Assembly (NCBI GenBank): GCA_029717555.1
Contig: JAMDHS010000026.1
Coordinates: forward strand, 1-64,000
Source of the DNA: Peribolospora baueri
Taxonomy: Eukaryota
Reading direction: 5' to 3'
DNA: 64,000 nucleotides
This document shows positions 12,222 to 24,060 of the stretch, piece by piece. Within the stretch, counting starts at the first letter, position 1. The number at the start of each line of letters is the position of its first letter. The notes beneath the pieces were generated by a model. That model saw only the letters and a list, made by a program, of their open reading frames with translations. It was not told the DNA's origin and searched no databases. Position numbers and translations under genes: made by a program.

Positions 12222-15200
12222 ATGTCCAGCGGCCCGTCGCGGAGACCGGATCCCCCCGCGAAGAGCGCCGCATCACGCAAGGCCGGGAAGGCGGAGGAAA
12301 GGCGGCGAGAGTGGCATGCGAGGGACCCGGACGTCCTCGACGACGACGACGACGACGACGATGACGACGACAAAAACGACCTTGCACAGCTTGCAAAGCA
12401 CATTGAGCGAGCGGAGATGGGAGGCTCTGAGCGTCAGGAGGCACTGCGCGACTTCTGGAGACGGGTCTTGAAGGAGGAACCGCTCGTCGGCGAGCATTGG
12501 CTCACATACGACCAGGGCACGTCGACGAAGGAACGGGCGACGGGACGAATGGGCAAGGGCGCCTGGGCTAAGGGCAGGAGGGCTTTCGACAGCAGCGACG
12601 ACTCCTTGTCCTCCTGGTCCTCGTCCTCCCCCCCTTCCGACACCGACGGCCGCCATTATGGCGCATCTTCCTCGAGACGCGCCCCGCGTCCCTCTTCACG
12701 CACTGCGTTGGCCCATTCGGCCGACGGATTCGTCCTCCGTGCTCTCATCCGGAAGCAGCGATCGGGAAGCGCTGATGAAAGGTACGCCGCGTTACTCGAA
12801 ATGCTGACCGCCAATCAGTACTGGAAAGAGCCGGGTGGATCCAACGCCGCGGCGGCGGCGGCAACATCGGGCGATGCCACGAAGGCGTTCGACCTCGACG
12901 TTCCCTCGACACTCGGTGAGCCTCCTCAGGGCGAAAAGAATTTGTGTTGCGCTGTGTCCCGGGACGATTGACCCGATTCTTACTGTATGTTCACACTTTT
13001 CGTAGGACCCTTGTCCGTGATGCTAGACCACGTCGACCGCCACGACAATGCATCTTCCGCCATCTTCATCGACGAAGTGTATGCGGTACGCGAGGCGCTC
13101 AGCGTGCTCCGAGGCAGCGAGAGCACGCTTTTTGTTCGATCGCCGGACCATCAACTGAGCAGAGTAGAGGTGCGTGCTTTGCGATTTCGACCAATGAACC
13201 ATGGCCATGCGTCACCAGAGGTCTCGAAGAACCTTTGTTTTTAGCTAACTGTCGCGCGGCGCTCTTCGGACGGTGCAGCCACGTGTGAATGCTCCATTTG
13301 TTAAGCACATGTCACCAGATTCCTACCGTGCGATCCTCTACTCGATCGCCCGCGTAGCGTCCATTCTCGGACGCATCCGGCATTTCGCTAGTCGCGCCCT
13401 CCACCCCGCCACGGCGAGCTCAGCTGGCGCGTCTCGCCGTGGCCGGAGGCCGTCCCCCGCGACGAGCAATAGGACTGTCGACGCCCTCGCAGAAGCGACC
13501 GCAGCTCAACTCGCTTCGTTCGAAAACTGGTGCGCAGCTCAGGAAGAAGCGCTCATGCGCCGTGGCGACTTGGATCGCTCGGACTACCCCACCGTTGCTT
13601 CTTTGATGCGTCTAGAGAGGGATGTGAAGGCGCAGACGCAGCATTTTGTCAGCCTGAACATTATATTAATGCGGGAAGGGATCGTCGTGGAAGACGGACA
13701 TGAGGAGGGGCACGCCGACCAGCAGGAGGCTCGCCTTCGACGTCTTCGAACCCCGTCGTCCACCTCCGCCGGTCTACTCGACTCTCTCCAGCAAGCCATC
13801 TCTACCCATGTCGCCATAGGTGACGCCTTCACGGCCGATGCCCTCTCGGCGCTCTTCCTCCACGCGGCAGGGCCGATGTGGGATGACGTCTGTGAATGGC
13901 TGACAAAGGGCATGGAGATTGCAGAATTCGACATATACGGCGACGACGAGTTCGATCTCGATCGCGGCTATCTCCTCTCCAGCTCTCCCTCTCCCTTCCC
14001 TGGTGGTGGAGCAGGGCGACCGAGGAACGTCTGCGCTGGCCTTGACGATGAGTTCTTCATTCGCCGCGATCGCGAAATTGAGAGCCCCTTCGATTCCGAT
14101 TTTTGGACTCGAGGGTTCGTCCTCCGTAGCTCTAGGTCTCCATCTGCTCGCGACGAAGAGCTTCATGCCAGTGCCCGGGATCAGTCTGGTCTAGGCGCCG
14201 AATACGCATCTGCTCTTTCTCCCGGTGCAGAAGAGCTCACCAGTGATGGCGCAGACGTACCGGAATTTTTGCGACCGCTAGCCGATGACATCCTCGTCGC
14301 CGGCAAAGCCGTGGGCTTACTCAGGGGCTTGGGTCTCACGGACGTGGTGCCGAAGAAAGCGTTGCGGGAGGGCGCCGGCGCCGACTGGTCATCCTTTCAA
14401 GACGTCATCGCCAATGCGACGCATGGCTTTGGCTCTGTCCATCATCTCCTCCCCGCGCCGACGGTCGGTCATTCGGCTTGGTCTCACCAGGGCTGCGTCG
14501 ACGAACAAGTCGTCAGGGGCGCCCATTTCGCCCATCAAACCAAGGAGGAGCTCGAAGTGGGGTCGAGCGACTCGCGGCCGTCCACCGCTTCGTCGTCGGC
14601 CCCCTCGACCTCCATCACGTCACCAGAACACACATCTTCCCTCCTCCCTCCTCCATCTGGCCCGCCGTCAGACGTGACCGTCCAAGCGCTTCCTTCCAAC
14701 CTCGACCGTCACCTCTCCACACGCCTTGAGCCATTGTTCAAGATCGTCCGCTTCAGGCTCTACGATGTTCTGACCGCCCCTGCATGGGAAGGGGGCTGTG
14801 ACCTATGTCTCCACCTTGAAACTGTGTGGGGAACTTACCTTATGAGGAGAGGCACTGAGATGGGACGCTTTGCGCAAAAGATTTGGGAAAGAGTGAGCGA
14901 ACGGTGTATAGGAGCTCCAGAGGTTGTCGAAGATCACTGCCGTCTATCCCCGTCTGATGCACTTTCTTCTCATCATCCTTTGCTTTCGCAGATCGACCGC
15001 TCTCAGCCATTTCTAGACGTCCATTTCCTCAACTCTGCGTATCGCGACACAGCGACCACGGTGGATGTCTCCTTGTACGACCGAGCCGCGCAGAACTTGT
15101 TCAAGGTCGCGCTCAAATCCGGCGCTCGGGTGTCACGTCGGCCGTCAGGGAGTAGCGTGGACTACTTGACCAACATTATTCTGGACTACCGGGTGAGGAC

Positions 15201-16310
15201 GGCCCGGCGGCGCTGTAGTCGGATGCTCTTCCAATGGTTCTGCTTACCCTTCTCCCTTCATGTCTCTCGCCGTCGTTTCTCATCAAAGGTGCCATGGCCG
15301 CTCAACTACCTGCTCTCTCCGGCGAATTTATCCAAATACTCGGTCCTTTTCACCTTCCTTTTGCAGATCTCGCGAGCAAAGTTCCTTCTTGACCGGCTAG
15401 GCCTCGTCAAAGACACAGGCGGCGGCCTTAGCGTTAGTTCAGAGAAGGCGGAAGGGGATATGCGAAAGTTCTTTGCCGTGAGGCGCAAGTTGGGATGGTT
15501 CGTCAACGAGTTTTGGACTTTTTTGATGGCCAACGTGAGCACAGTCCTCTGGTCTTAGTGCAGCTTGGCCGGCGCGTGGTGCTCACCTCTATGACGCCTA
15601 CGCTCTAGATCATTGAGACCCGGACGAACTCATTCCGCAGAACACTACAAGACCTCGCAGACTTTGACAGCACCCTACGGAGCCACGAAGTATATCTGCA
15701 GAGCCTCCTTCACCACTGCTTCCTTGATGAAAAGGCAAGTTCTCCTTTATCTTTAGTCTCGACTGAGATGGTCCCCGTTGACTTGACCCGTTGTTGTGAG
15801 CAGACCTCTGAGACGCACCGCAAGATTGTTTCTGTCCTGGACTTGTGCATGCAAACGTCGGACACGTACACAGCGTACATGGAGGACACCGCGACAGATC
15901 TTCCTCGGCCGCACCCGGTGCCTCATCGTCGCCACCGGTATCAGAGCGCTCGAAGACGTGCCAATCGGCTCGACAGCGATGACGACGACTCAGACTCCGA
16001 GGCCGACCCTGACGATCAAAGGGGTGCTTCCGGACAACCGGCGTCTGCCATCTCAGGGAACCACATCGATGCTTCAGTCTCGATTTCTTTCTTTGATGAG
16101 AGCTTTGGGGCTCGTCTTGACCGCATAGACAGGGAACTGGTCGTTGCCGTCGATTCCATCCAGCGCGATGTCGAGGAACTCGCCGCCAATCGACCATCGG
16201 AGGAGATGTTCGAGAGCCAAGTACATGGAGACCCGACGTCCGGAGCCCGAACCGGCCAGCACGTCAACACATTTCAGATTTTGTCCTTTCAGCTCGAGGC
16301 GTGGAATTGA
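12222..16310 (+). CDS. Gamma-tubulin ring complex component, Spc97/Spc98 family, GCP5-like; 7 exons
   Basis: GRIP-type motifs VPEFLRPLADDILVAGKAVGLL and VPWPLNYLLSPANLSKYSVLFTFLLQISRAK resemble GCP5. Introns start at about 12916, 13170, 14893, 15193, 15535 and 15735 (GC donor). Start could be 12192 or 12222. Confidence 0.8.
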
Positions 16311-16883
16311 AGGAAGACGTTATTTACCTAGTGAATTGCACGTGGACCCAACGTTTTTTTTTCACTACAGAGTTTGTTTCTCGTTCAACTCGACCACCTC
16401 ACCGAGTTTGGACGAGGCGCTCACGTCCGTCTCGTCCTGCTTTTCGGCCCAGCCACACCTCTATTCCCATCTCTACTCCACCATTATCCGACGTGACGCC
16501 GATCGCCCCACACAACTTTCTTTGGCGTCCACCTCCTCGATCGCATCAATAGGAAAGTGTTTAAATGTTTATATACGAAGCTGGCAAGCCTGCGTGGCCG
16601 ATAAGCTGCAGCCGACGAGTCGTAGGGAAGCTCGCTGGTTTGGAGCATCCCCGAGAAGGAGTCCGGTCACCCAACAGCTACAATGGATCGCATAAACTCC
16701 GCAGGTGTCTTCGGATGAATCGTATGGATTGATCGGACTATCGATTCTCTCGTTGTCTTCAGAAGCGCCATTGAAAGACGTCGAATCGGCAAGTGAACGA
16801 GGAAAGCGAACTGTCGCCGCCGTGGTGGAGCACTTGGTTCTCGTAGAGCCTGTGCGGCGACTCGGCGGTTTGATGATAGAGAA

Positions 16884-19800
16884 TTACCCTGACCCAGGAG
16901 GTTCGAGCAAGGATGAGCGCCTGGCGCGGGAGAGTGCTGAACGAGAGGAGAGCAAAGATGAGGAATCGCCATGGTTCGCCAGCAACTGTGTCGGTGGCTG
17001 CAGGCCTCCTCCGTCCACAGGAAACAGGGCTGCTCCTCTGTCCGCCGTTCCAGGTATAGACGTTGGGATAGGAGTAAGTCCGCCCGCGGGCAGAGCCGCG
17101 GCGGGCGTTAATGTGAACCTCGGCAGGGGGCCTTTAGCACTTGAAGACATCCGAAGAGGAGGGTCAAATCCAGCGTCGCCTAGCAAAAAGGCGGAGCTAG
17201 AGGAGGAGCCGTGACCGCGGCGCTCTTTGCCGCACGGTGCACGGGCTTCGGTGTCAAGGAAGGGGTTTGTGGAATCCGAGAGCCTGACAAGTGGCGCGCC
17301 GAAGCTGTCACTCGGGCCCGTCTGGGATCGAGCCCTCTCTACATTCTCTCTGTCGTCCGCTTTCCCCTTTTGCTCGTGCATCGTTCTCGCCGCTTGGCCT
17401 TTGTGATTGAACCACCATGCAAAGACGCCAGAAAGAGTCGATCCGGCTGGTCGGACGCCTTTGGTCCCGCTCATTCTGCTGCCCTTGCCATGTCGCCCTC
17501 TCCACGCAACGTATTTGTCTCGTCCGCCGGCATGCCAGAGGACAGCGACCAGAGCCATGAGGAGAACGAGCAGCCAAGCGCCGATGAACACCAGAAACAT
17601 GATTCGCTCCCGTTTGAGGTCGGCAACGTAGGCGTTGACAAGGTTGGCCACCACGCCTCCATTGCCACCCGCACCTCCTACGGCTGCTGAGCTTATCGGC
17701 TGTACGACCTCGTCGACGCGGGCAGGAGACAGCGTAAGCACGTCGTCCGGAACTGTCGGGAAGGTAACGTGTGCGTTGTCGTGGATCCACGTCAGCGCCG
17801 TCTCGATGCCGGCCACTTTTTGGCCGATCAGGCAGTTGACGAGCTCTTGCACGGGGTTCAAAAAAACTGTACCACTGAACGTCGACTGTAAGACAGGGTG
17901 ACGTTAAAAAGTCAAGAAGTTAAAGCGTCTGCAATAACGCTTTATCTGTAAGTGAGTTTGGAAGGACAAAGGCACGCACATTGACCGCACTGGTGATTCC
18001 GTCCATGAACTCATTGAGCGTGTTGTTCATCGTCGTCATTGTTATGTTGACCCTAGCAAAACGTTGGGTTTAAACAGTAGAGTCGCATCACAACAAGCCG
18101 CATGGCACTGAATGGAAACAGCCTTCGAAAGCAAAGCAAACGAAAAACTTACCATCCGAACAAATCATCGTTCATATTGTTCTGGACACCAGTGACTGCA
18201 ACGTTTGTGGATTTGGCGTACTCTGCCGACGCGTTGTACGCCTGAGCATTAATCTCGCTCCTGATAGTCGTGCCCAAATCGGAGAGACTGTTGTTGACTT
18301 CCTGAGAGGATGAAAGACAGAGAGGTAAGATCGGCGAACGGAGAGCTGCGTGAAACGACCAGCTGCTGGGTGGACTACTTTGAAGGAAACGGCATGGAGA
18401 TGCAAATTCACCTTGGAATATAGTCTTTCGATCGGCCCAACAGCCGCAAGCTGCACCTCGACGCTGACCAGACCCATCACTCCTATCGCCAGGGCAGCGA
18501 GAGCGCTGGGGTGAGTGATATAGGCGAGAAACCAGCGGAGATGTCTCCTCGCTTGTTCCGACTTGACACCTAGCGCGTGGCCGAAACGGATGACAAGGAG
18601 CGCGACGAGTGGGTGAGAGGAAAGGGAGAGCAGACTCATCAGAGACCGATCGCTGAGGAAATCTCTTTGCGGTTGTGCACATGGTTGATCGCCGCCGTTC
18701 CGCAAAGCTGGGACAGGTGCGCAGGCACCGATAACGACTAGGGGGGGCTCGTTGGCCAGCCATGCCTCCCTCGTCCTGCGTAGGTGATTGCACATGGCAT
18801 ACCATTCGTATCGAGCTAGTGCTGTGTTGGCGAGGACGAGCAGCAAAGCCAACACAGCCAATATACCGACTCCAATCTTGGCGACCTTGACAAGGTCGTT
18901 GCCGAGCCGGTCTAGAACAGACAGGTCGAGATCTGAGCAGAAGGTGACGGCGTTGCGCTTGGGGACAGGGAGTAGAGCGGAAGAGAAGTTATGGGAGGAG
19001 AGCGTGTTATTGACATCTTGTTTCATTTGCTCGAATGGGATCGATATGAGGTCGTCCAACCTGTGAGAGAAATGCGAGGTGCGCGGGTTTAGTCAGGTCC
19101 GGCAGTGCTTCGCTGGGACCCCAGCCTCAACGGGACTAAGCAACTATGACTCACTTCTGCTTCAGGTCTGCAAGAGTGGGCAGCGAATCGTTGAGGCTGA
19201 CGATGGCATTTTCGAAATCGGTGGGCAGGGTGATGTGGTCCAGGGCACCTAGACTAGGGATACTGAACTGAGGCACATCCAACTGCACATGCACCAACTG
19301 TACCGGTAGGAATCCGGGAAAAAGAGATCTTCTCAGCAGGAGGACTCGAATGTCGCATGAGAGTGCGTCGTGGCCAATATGCGTACCTTTGTGACATCGT
19401 TGATTTTGCTCACAGCGGATTGGATGGCGTTGTTAGCAGAGCTGATATCGCTTTGAATGCCAGATTTGATGGAGGCGGCCGTGGTGTTGACAAAGGATGA
19501 TACCTCCTGGACGCCACCAATCAATGCGGCCAAAGAACCGCGGACCGCGAACTCAATGAAACAGACTGAGAAATAAAGAGCGTGAGGGCGACGAAAGTGG
19601 AGCTGTGAGTGTCGGTAGGGAGTGCAGAGACGATACGAACTCTCTAGAGGCACAACGCCAGAGGGTACTTACGATAGAGAGAACGATACGTATCGACTAT
19701 GAAGATCGAGGTCTCCTCGATGGCAGTGATGCTGCAAGAGAAAGGGAACATTGGCGCAAAGTAGCGGTTAGCTCTTGTGATCAACAAGATTGACAAGTTG

Positions 19801-20261
19801 GACCCAACTTACGCAAGAATCAGTCCTCTCCCCAAGCCCTGCACGGTATCGTTGACCGCCTCCTGTGTCCGTCGATTCATACTGTCGGCCATAAAGTGAG
19901 GCATGCTGACAGCCATGCTCGCTGCGTTCTCCACGCCGCGGCAGCTGCTCTGCACGTCCTGCTTCGCGCTCGCCACCCGACCGTTCACGTCGGCGCTCGA
20001 AAGAAGCAATCGCACAGCGACAAATAGGACGGAAATTATTGTGGGGGAGAGCCAGGCCAAAGAAAGACGGGCTCGAAGGCCGAGGTACGGGTCCAGACGG
20101 GACGAAGACGAGGAGAGTGGCTTCGCATTTGAGAAGGCGCCCGGAAGATTGGGATGAGAGGGTGGCAAGGCCGGGCTGTGTATATGGTCGGGATAAGATG
20201 GTGGCGGCGGGTTAGAGCGAAAGACAGGTCCTTGTCTCCCAGCGCCGAGCAAGTTGGGCAT
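16884..20261 (-). CDS. PRM1: Pheromone-regulated plasma membrane fusion protein Prm1; 8 exons
   Basis: PYLGLRARLSLAWLS, C..VENAASMAVSMPHFMA, FIVDTYRSLYLCFIEFAVRGSL, DLFGWVN, CLIGQKVAGIETALTWIHDNAHVTFP, plus several hydrophobic TM segments. All junctions GT-AG and in frame. Confidence 0.92.
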
Positions 20262-20971
20262 CGTCTATGGGCCAGCCAAAGCTCCGAATCTAGGACCAGT
20301 AAGAAACGAGAAAGCAACGAGGAGAGGAAGACCCGTACGTCTCAAACCAGGAGACGCCGAGAGTTAACAAGTGCAGAAGTGAGAGAGGTGAACGAGAGTG
20401 ACGGTCCAGAGGTAGATGAGGGAAGTAAGGCAAGGGAGGCTAAGTCAATGCATGGTTCCCTTTTGAGGGTTGCTGAGACGCACGGACATTCACAGCCCCT
20501 GCTGCAAGAAAACGCTCCAAACAGACAGTTGCAGCCCTTTGAATACACGTAGAGAAGAAATCTGTGAGGACAAAAGGCGAAGGAGAGGGGCTATTGTGAG
20601 GCCTCCGTCACAAAAGGGATTGACAAAAGCGAGTGTACGTCTTGCTTGCGCATGGACGTCGCCACGCGCGGACCCGCTGAAACGAGCATTGAGGCAAATG
20701 TCAGCTATTAAAACGTTGGTGAGAGAAAGCGATCGTTCTCCAGAGGGCATGGAATGGGTAAGACAAGGCGGACAAGGTAAGCCGTTCTTCGTGGTCACCG
20801 TCCGAGACGCCTCAACCAGCTGCCGAAGGTCGAGAAGGACAATGGGCTTGCTCCACGTGATAGAAACACTGCGGTTGGTGGGAGTCTGATCGGTCTCCGC
20901 TTGTCCAGACCGACGCGACTTGGCTTCTTCCGAGGTGTCAAGAACGATCAACGTTCACCAAGTCGTGCGCC

Positions 20972-22086
20972 ATGGCAGAAGCACCCTCTCCTCGCGGGCG
21001 CTCTCGCTCTCCCAAGCCATTGTCCGCTTCCCCCCCGCCAGCCAAGGGTGGTGCGACTCTCTCGCGGTTGCGGTCGCGGTCGCGGTCGCGGTCGCCGTTG
21101 TCTCCAGTGCGGTCGCCGTCACGCTCCGCCTCGCCGCGCGGACGATCGTACTCTCGCTCGCTCTCGCCTAAGCGGTCGTATTCCCCTCGCCGTCGCAGCT
21201 ACTCCAGGTCTCCGTCTCGATCGCCGTATTACTCCCCTCCGCGGAGAAGAGGCGGCCGTGGAAGTTATGCGAGAAGCAGGAGCCGGTCCTTGAGCCCGGA
21301 AGAGAAAAAGACGGTATTGGTGAAGAAGCTCACGAAGAACGTCGCGGAACGGCATCTGGAGGAGATCTTTGGCGTGTATGGAGACATTCGGAGGATCGAT
21401 ATGCCAGTGTTTAGGAAGTGTGAGTTTCATTTTGTTGAACTGGTTTGTGCGACTCGCCCTCTCGTCCATGCACGCTCATTGCCTATACTCTCCGCCTTTC
21501 TCCCCGTCCAGCCGGCGAAAACCGCGGCATGGCGCACATCACCTACACCTCTCCGATGGCCGCGCAGAAGGCCGTCGCGCATATGGACCGAGGTCAGCTA
21601 GACGGCGCCTTTCTGATTGTCACCCTGGATGATCCATCGCGACGTCCTCCACCGCCCCGAGCGAACTCTCCTCCCCGCTACGGACGAGGTCCGCCGCCAC
21701 CGCCGCCGCGTGGCTACGGCCGGCTTCCACCGCCGCCGCGTGGCTACGGCCGGCCTCCACGTGGGTACGGTGGTCCTCGGTACGGCGGACGGTATCCGTC
21801 GCCCACGCGCTCGCGCTCACCTCCCATGCGACGCGGGGCCGAACGCGGAGCGCCCCGTCGACGCAGTCCGAGCATCGTCCGACGTTATTCGCCTAGTCAC
21901 AGTCGGAGCAGGAGCCCGCTACCAGCTAGGAGGAGGTATTCGCGTAGCTTGACGCCGATGAGCAGGAGCAGGAGCAGGAGCCCGATCCGAAGCCGGAGCC
22001 CGCTTTCTCCGCTTCCGAGCAGGAGCAAGAGCAGGAGCAGCAGGAGCAGGAGCAGGAGTTACAGCATGAGTCCGCCTCGGCGGTGA
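20972..22086 (+). CDS. RNPS1-like RS-rich RRM splicing/exon-junction-complex protein; 2 exons
   Basis: Intron 21420-21511. RRM VLVKKLTKNVAERHLEEIFGVYGDI..IDMPVFRKSGENRGMAHITY...AVAHMDRGQLDG is flanked by RS repeats. Confidence 0.88.
21697..21754 (+). repeat. 30-bp-period coding tandem repeat (PPPPRGYGR)
   Basis: ccaccgccgccgcgtggctacggccggc at 21697 and 21727, followed by a degenerate third copy. Confidence 0.85.
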
Positions 22087-22498
22087 AGGGGAACGGATGC
22101 GGGGTTTGTCATCTGGAGGTCTCCTTATCACGCTACAAATCGGAAGTGGACCGTCGAGAAGGGTTGTATCATCCATCGTACGCTGAGATGAAAAAATCGA
22201 ACGTTTTATGCGACATCGGAAGCCCGAACGGCAACTCCGAGGTCTCTGTCCCTCTTTCATGCTTGAGCTAGCCTCGTTCAGAGAAAAGAGGCGACCAAAA
22301 AAGGAGGCGAACAAGGAAGGGAAATCTGTTTTCGCCTTTGACGATTCGAGAGGGGGGGAGGAAGCCTTCTCGGCCGATCGGAGATTTCTTATGTACTCGT
22401 TGTAACTGGGTGGATGAGCGAACATATTCGGTTAAATTCTGTAATAGTGTTTACATCGACGTGAGGACCGCGGCTGGTACGCCGTTCGGTCAGGCGGA

Positions 22499-22985
22499 TC
22501 AAACGCGACCGATGTTGAGGATCGTCTCGAGGTCGGCGCGCAAAGCGAGCTGACGGTCCACCGCCTGTCTTTGTTCGTGGCCAAAGACGTCGTCGTAGAG
22601 GAAGCGCCTCAAGGGCTGCTCCGCCGCCACTCTTTGTTCGTGACCAAAGACGTCGTCGTAGAGGAAGCGCCTCAAAGGCTTCTCCCAGTCGTCGTCGTCG
22701 CGACTAAAAGCGAGATCCCTGGTGATGCCCTCGTTGTCCAGTTCGCGATACATAACTAAGTGGCGATTGCCGGGGAGCTTTCCGATGTTGGTGGGGACTG
22801 TGAGCTGCGTGCCGGGGGGGACGCGGATGGCTGGGAGCGAGGACGAGGTTTGATTTCGAGATGTCAGGCAAGCCACACAACACATACGACACGGCCTTGG
22901 CTCGATGGAAAAGACACTCACGGAGCGCGGCAGCACTGGCGGCGAGGGAAGCGGCGACGGCGACGGCGACGGCAGAGAACTTCAT
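22499..22985 (-). CDS. 131-aa secreted precursor with tandem dibasic-flanked peptide repeats (KEP-like)
   Basis: Exons 22922-22985 and 22499-22830 (intron GTGAGT..CCCAG). Protein: MKFSAVAVAVAASLAASAAALPIRV...DDDDWEKPLRRFLYDDVFGHEQRVAAEQPLRRFLYDDVFGHEQRQAVDRQLALRADLETILNIGRV*. Signal-peptide-like N-terminus. Confidence 0.8.
22568..22680. repeat. Direct repeat, two ~50-bp copies with 63-bp period
   Basis: Copies at 22568-22617 and 22631-22680 differ at two positions, both synonymous in the minus-strand frame (GGC/GGT and CCC/CCT). Confidence 0.95.
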
Positions 22986-24060
22986 GGCGAATCGACTTCC
23001 GGGTTTCGGTTTTCGTTGACGAAAAAAAAGGGGCTCGCGGGAGGCGGTTGGCGGTTGTGTGAGGGGGATGCGTATGCGTGGAACGAAAGAAGGGGGGACG
23101 TGGGGCACCAGGCGACGTCGATGATAAGACCAGAAGCGAAGCGAGAAAAGACGTGAAGCGGGAAGGCGTGGGGTTTAAAGATCTTTTCGCAGAAATAAAC
23201 GAGCGCACCAGGCGTGGAAGAAGTGGAAAGGAAGGGGGGGAGGTAGAGATGTGGGTGTCAGTTGGATTGGGAGGATGTGGATATGAAGAGAGCCAGTCAG
23301 TCATCAGTCGTCCATCGGCGCGGGCTTTAATAGCAGCTCTCCTCTCGATGACCCCCCGAGCCGAGCGAACGCCCCGGCCGGCTACAGCGGCCTTCTACTA
23401 ATCGCTGTGGCTCAGCTCATAAAGAGGGAGGAAGGAAATAAACTAGACGACGTGGATCGACGCCGCGAATGGGCGCAGAGAAGACCACGTGGGCCAGACC
23501 CGGGCGTTCTGGCGTCGACGCTCGCCGCAGCTGTCGAGGATCCTCTCTCTGCGTGCCACTCTTACGTTGGCTCGGGGAGCAGACGTGCAGATGAGGGAGG
23601 GGAACGCTTAAAAACCAAAGCATACGACTTGATACAGGCGGAAGAAATATCGGATGGTGAGGCGGGAGTCCGGGACGTGCCGGTGTAGTTTGGGGGGGAG
23701 GGGGGGACGCGAGGAAGGGAGCCAAGTTATTTTACGTTATGCAGAACGCTACGCTGAAAGAGGCGGGATGGGATGGGAGGGATGTCTCGGTGGGGAAGGT
23801 CAGAGCGCTGGGCCGGGAGGCGGTCCAGACGGGTGACGGTGGCGTAAGAGAGGGCAGAGGAAAAGCGGACAGAGTCAAAACGAGACCGGAGAGAGAGGAA
23901 GATGGAGGGGAGGGGCGGGGCGGGACGAGGTGACGGGGAAAAAGCATGGCAAATGAAATGGTCCCGGAAGGGCGACGGGGGTGTGCAAAATGGCAAAACC
24001 CCGAGCTATGGCATGACGGAAGGGACGACGGGCCCGAGAGAGGAGGGGTCATTCACGCGC

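Noticed and set aside
22568..22680. Direct repeat pair as a CRISPR-like array or transposon end
   Set aside because: Only two copies, a 13-bp spacer, a period divisible by 3 and synonymous differences in a eukaryotic gene; explained as a coding repeat.
16884..22985. PRM1 plus the secreted repeat peptide as a mating-type locus
   Set aside because: No STE3-like receptor, homeodomain gene or CAAX pheromone in the window; proximity alone is weak evidence.
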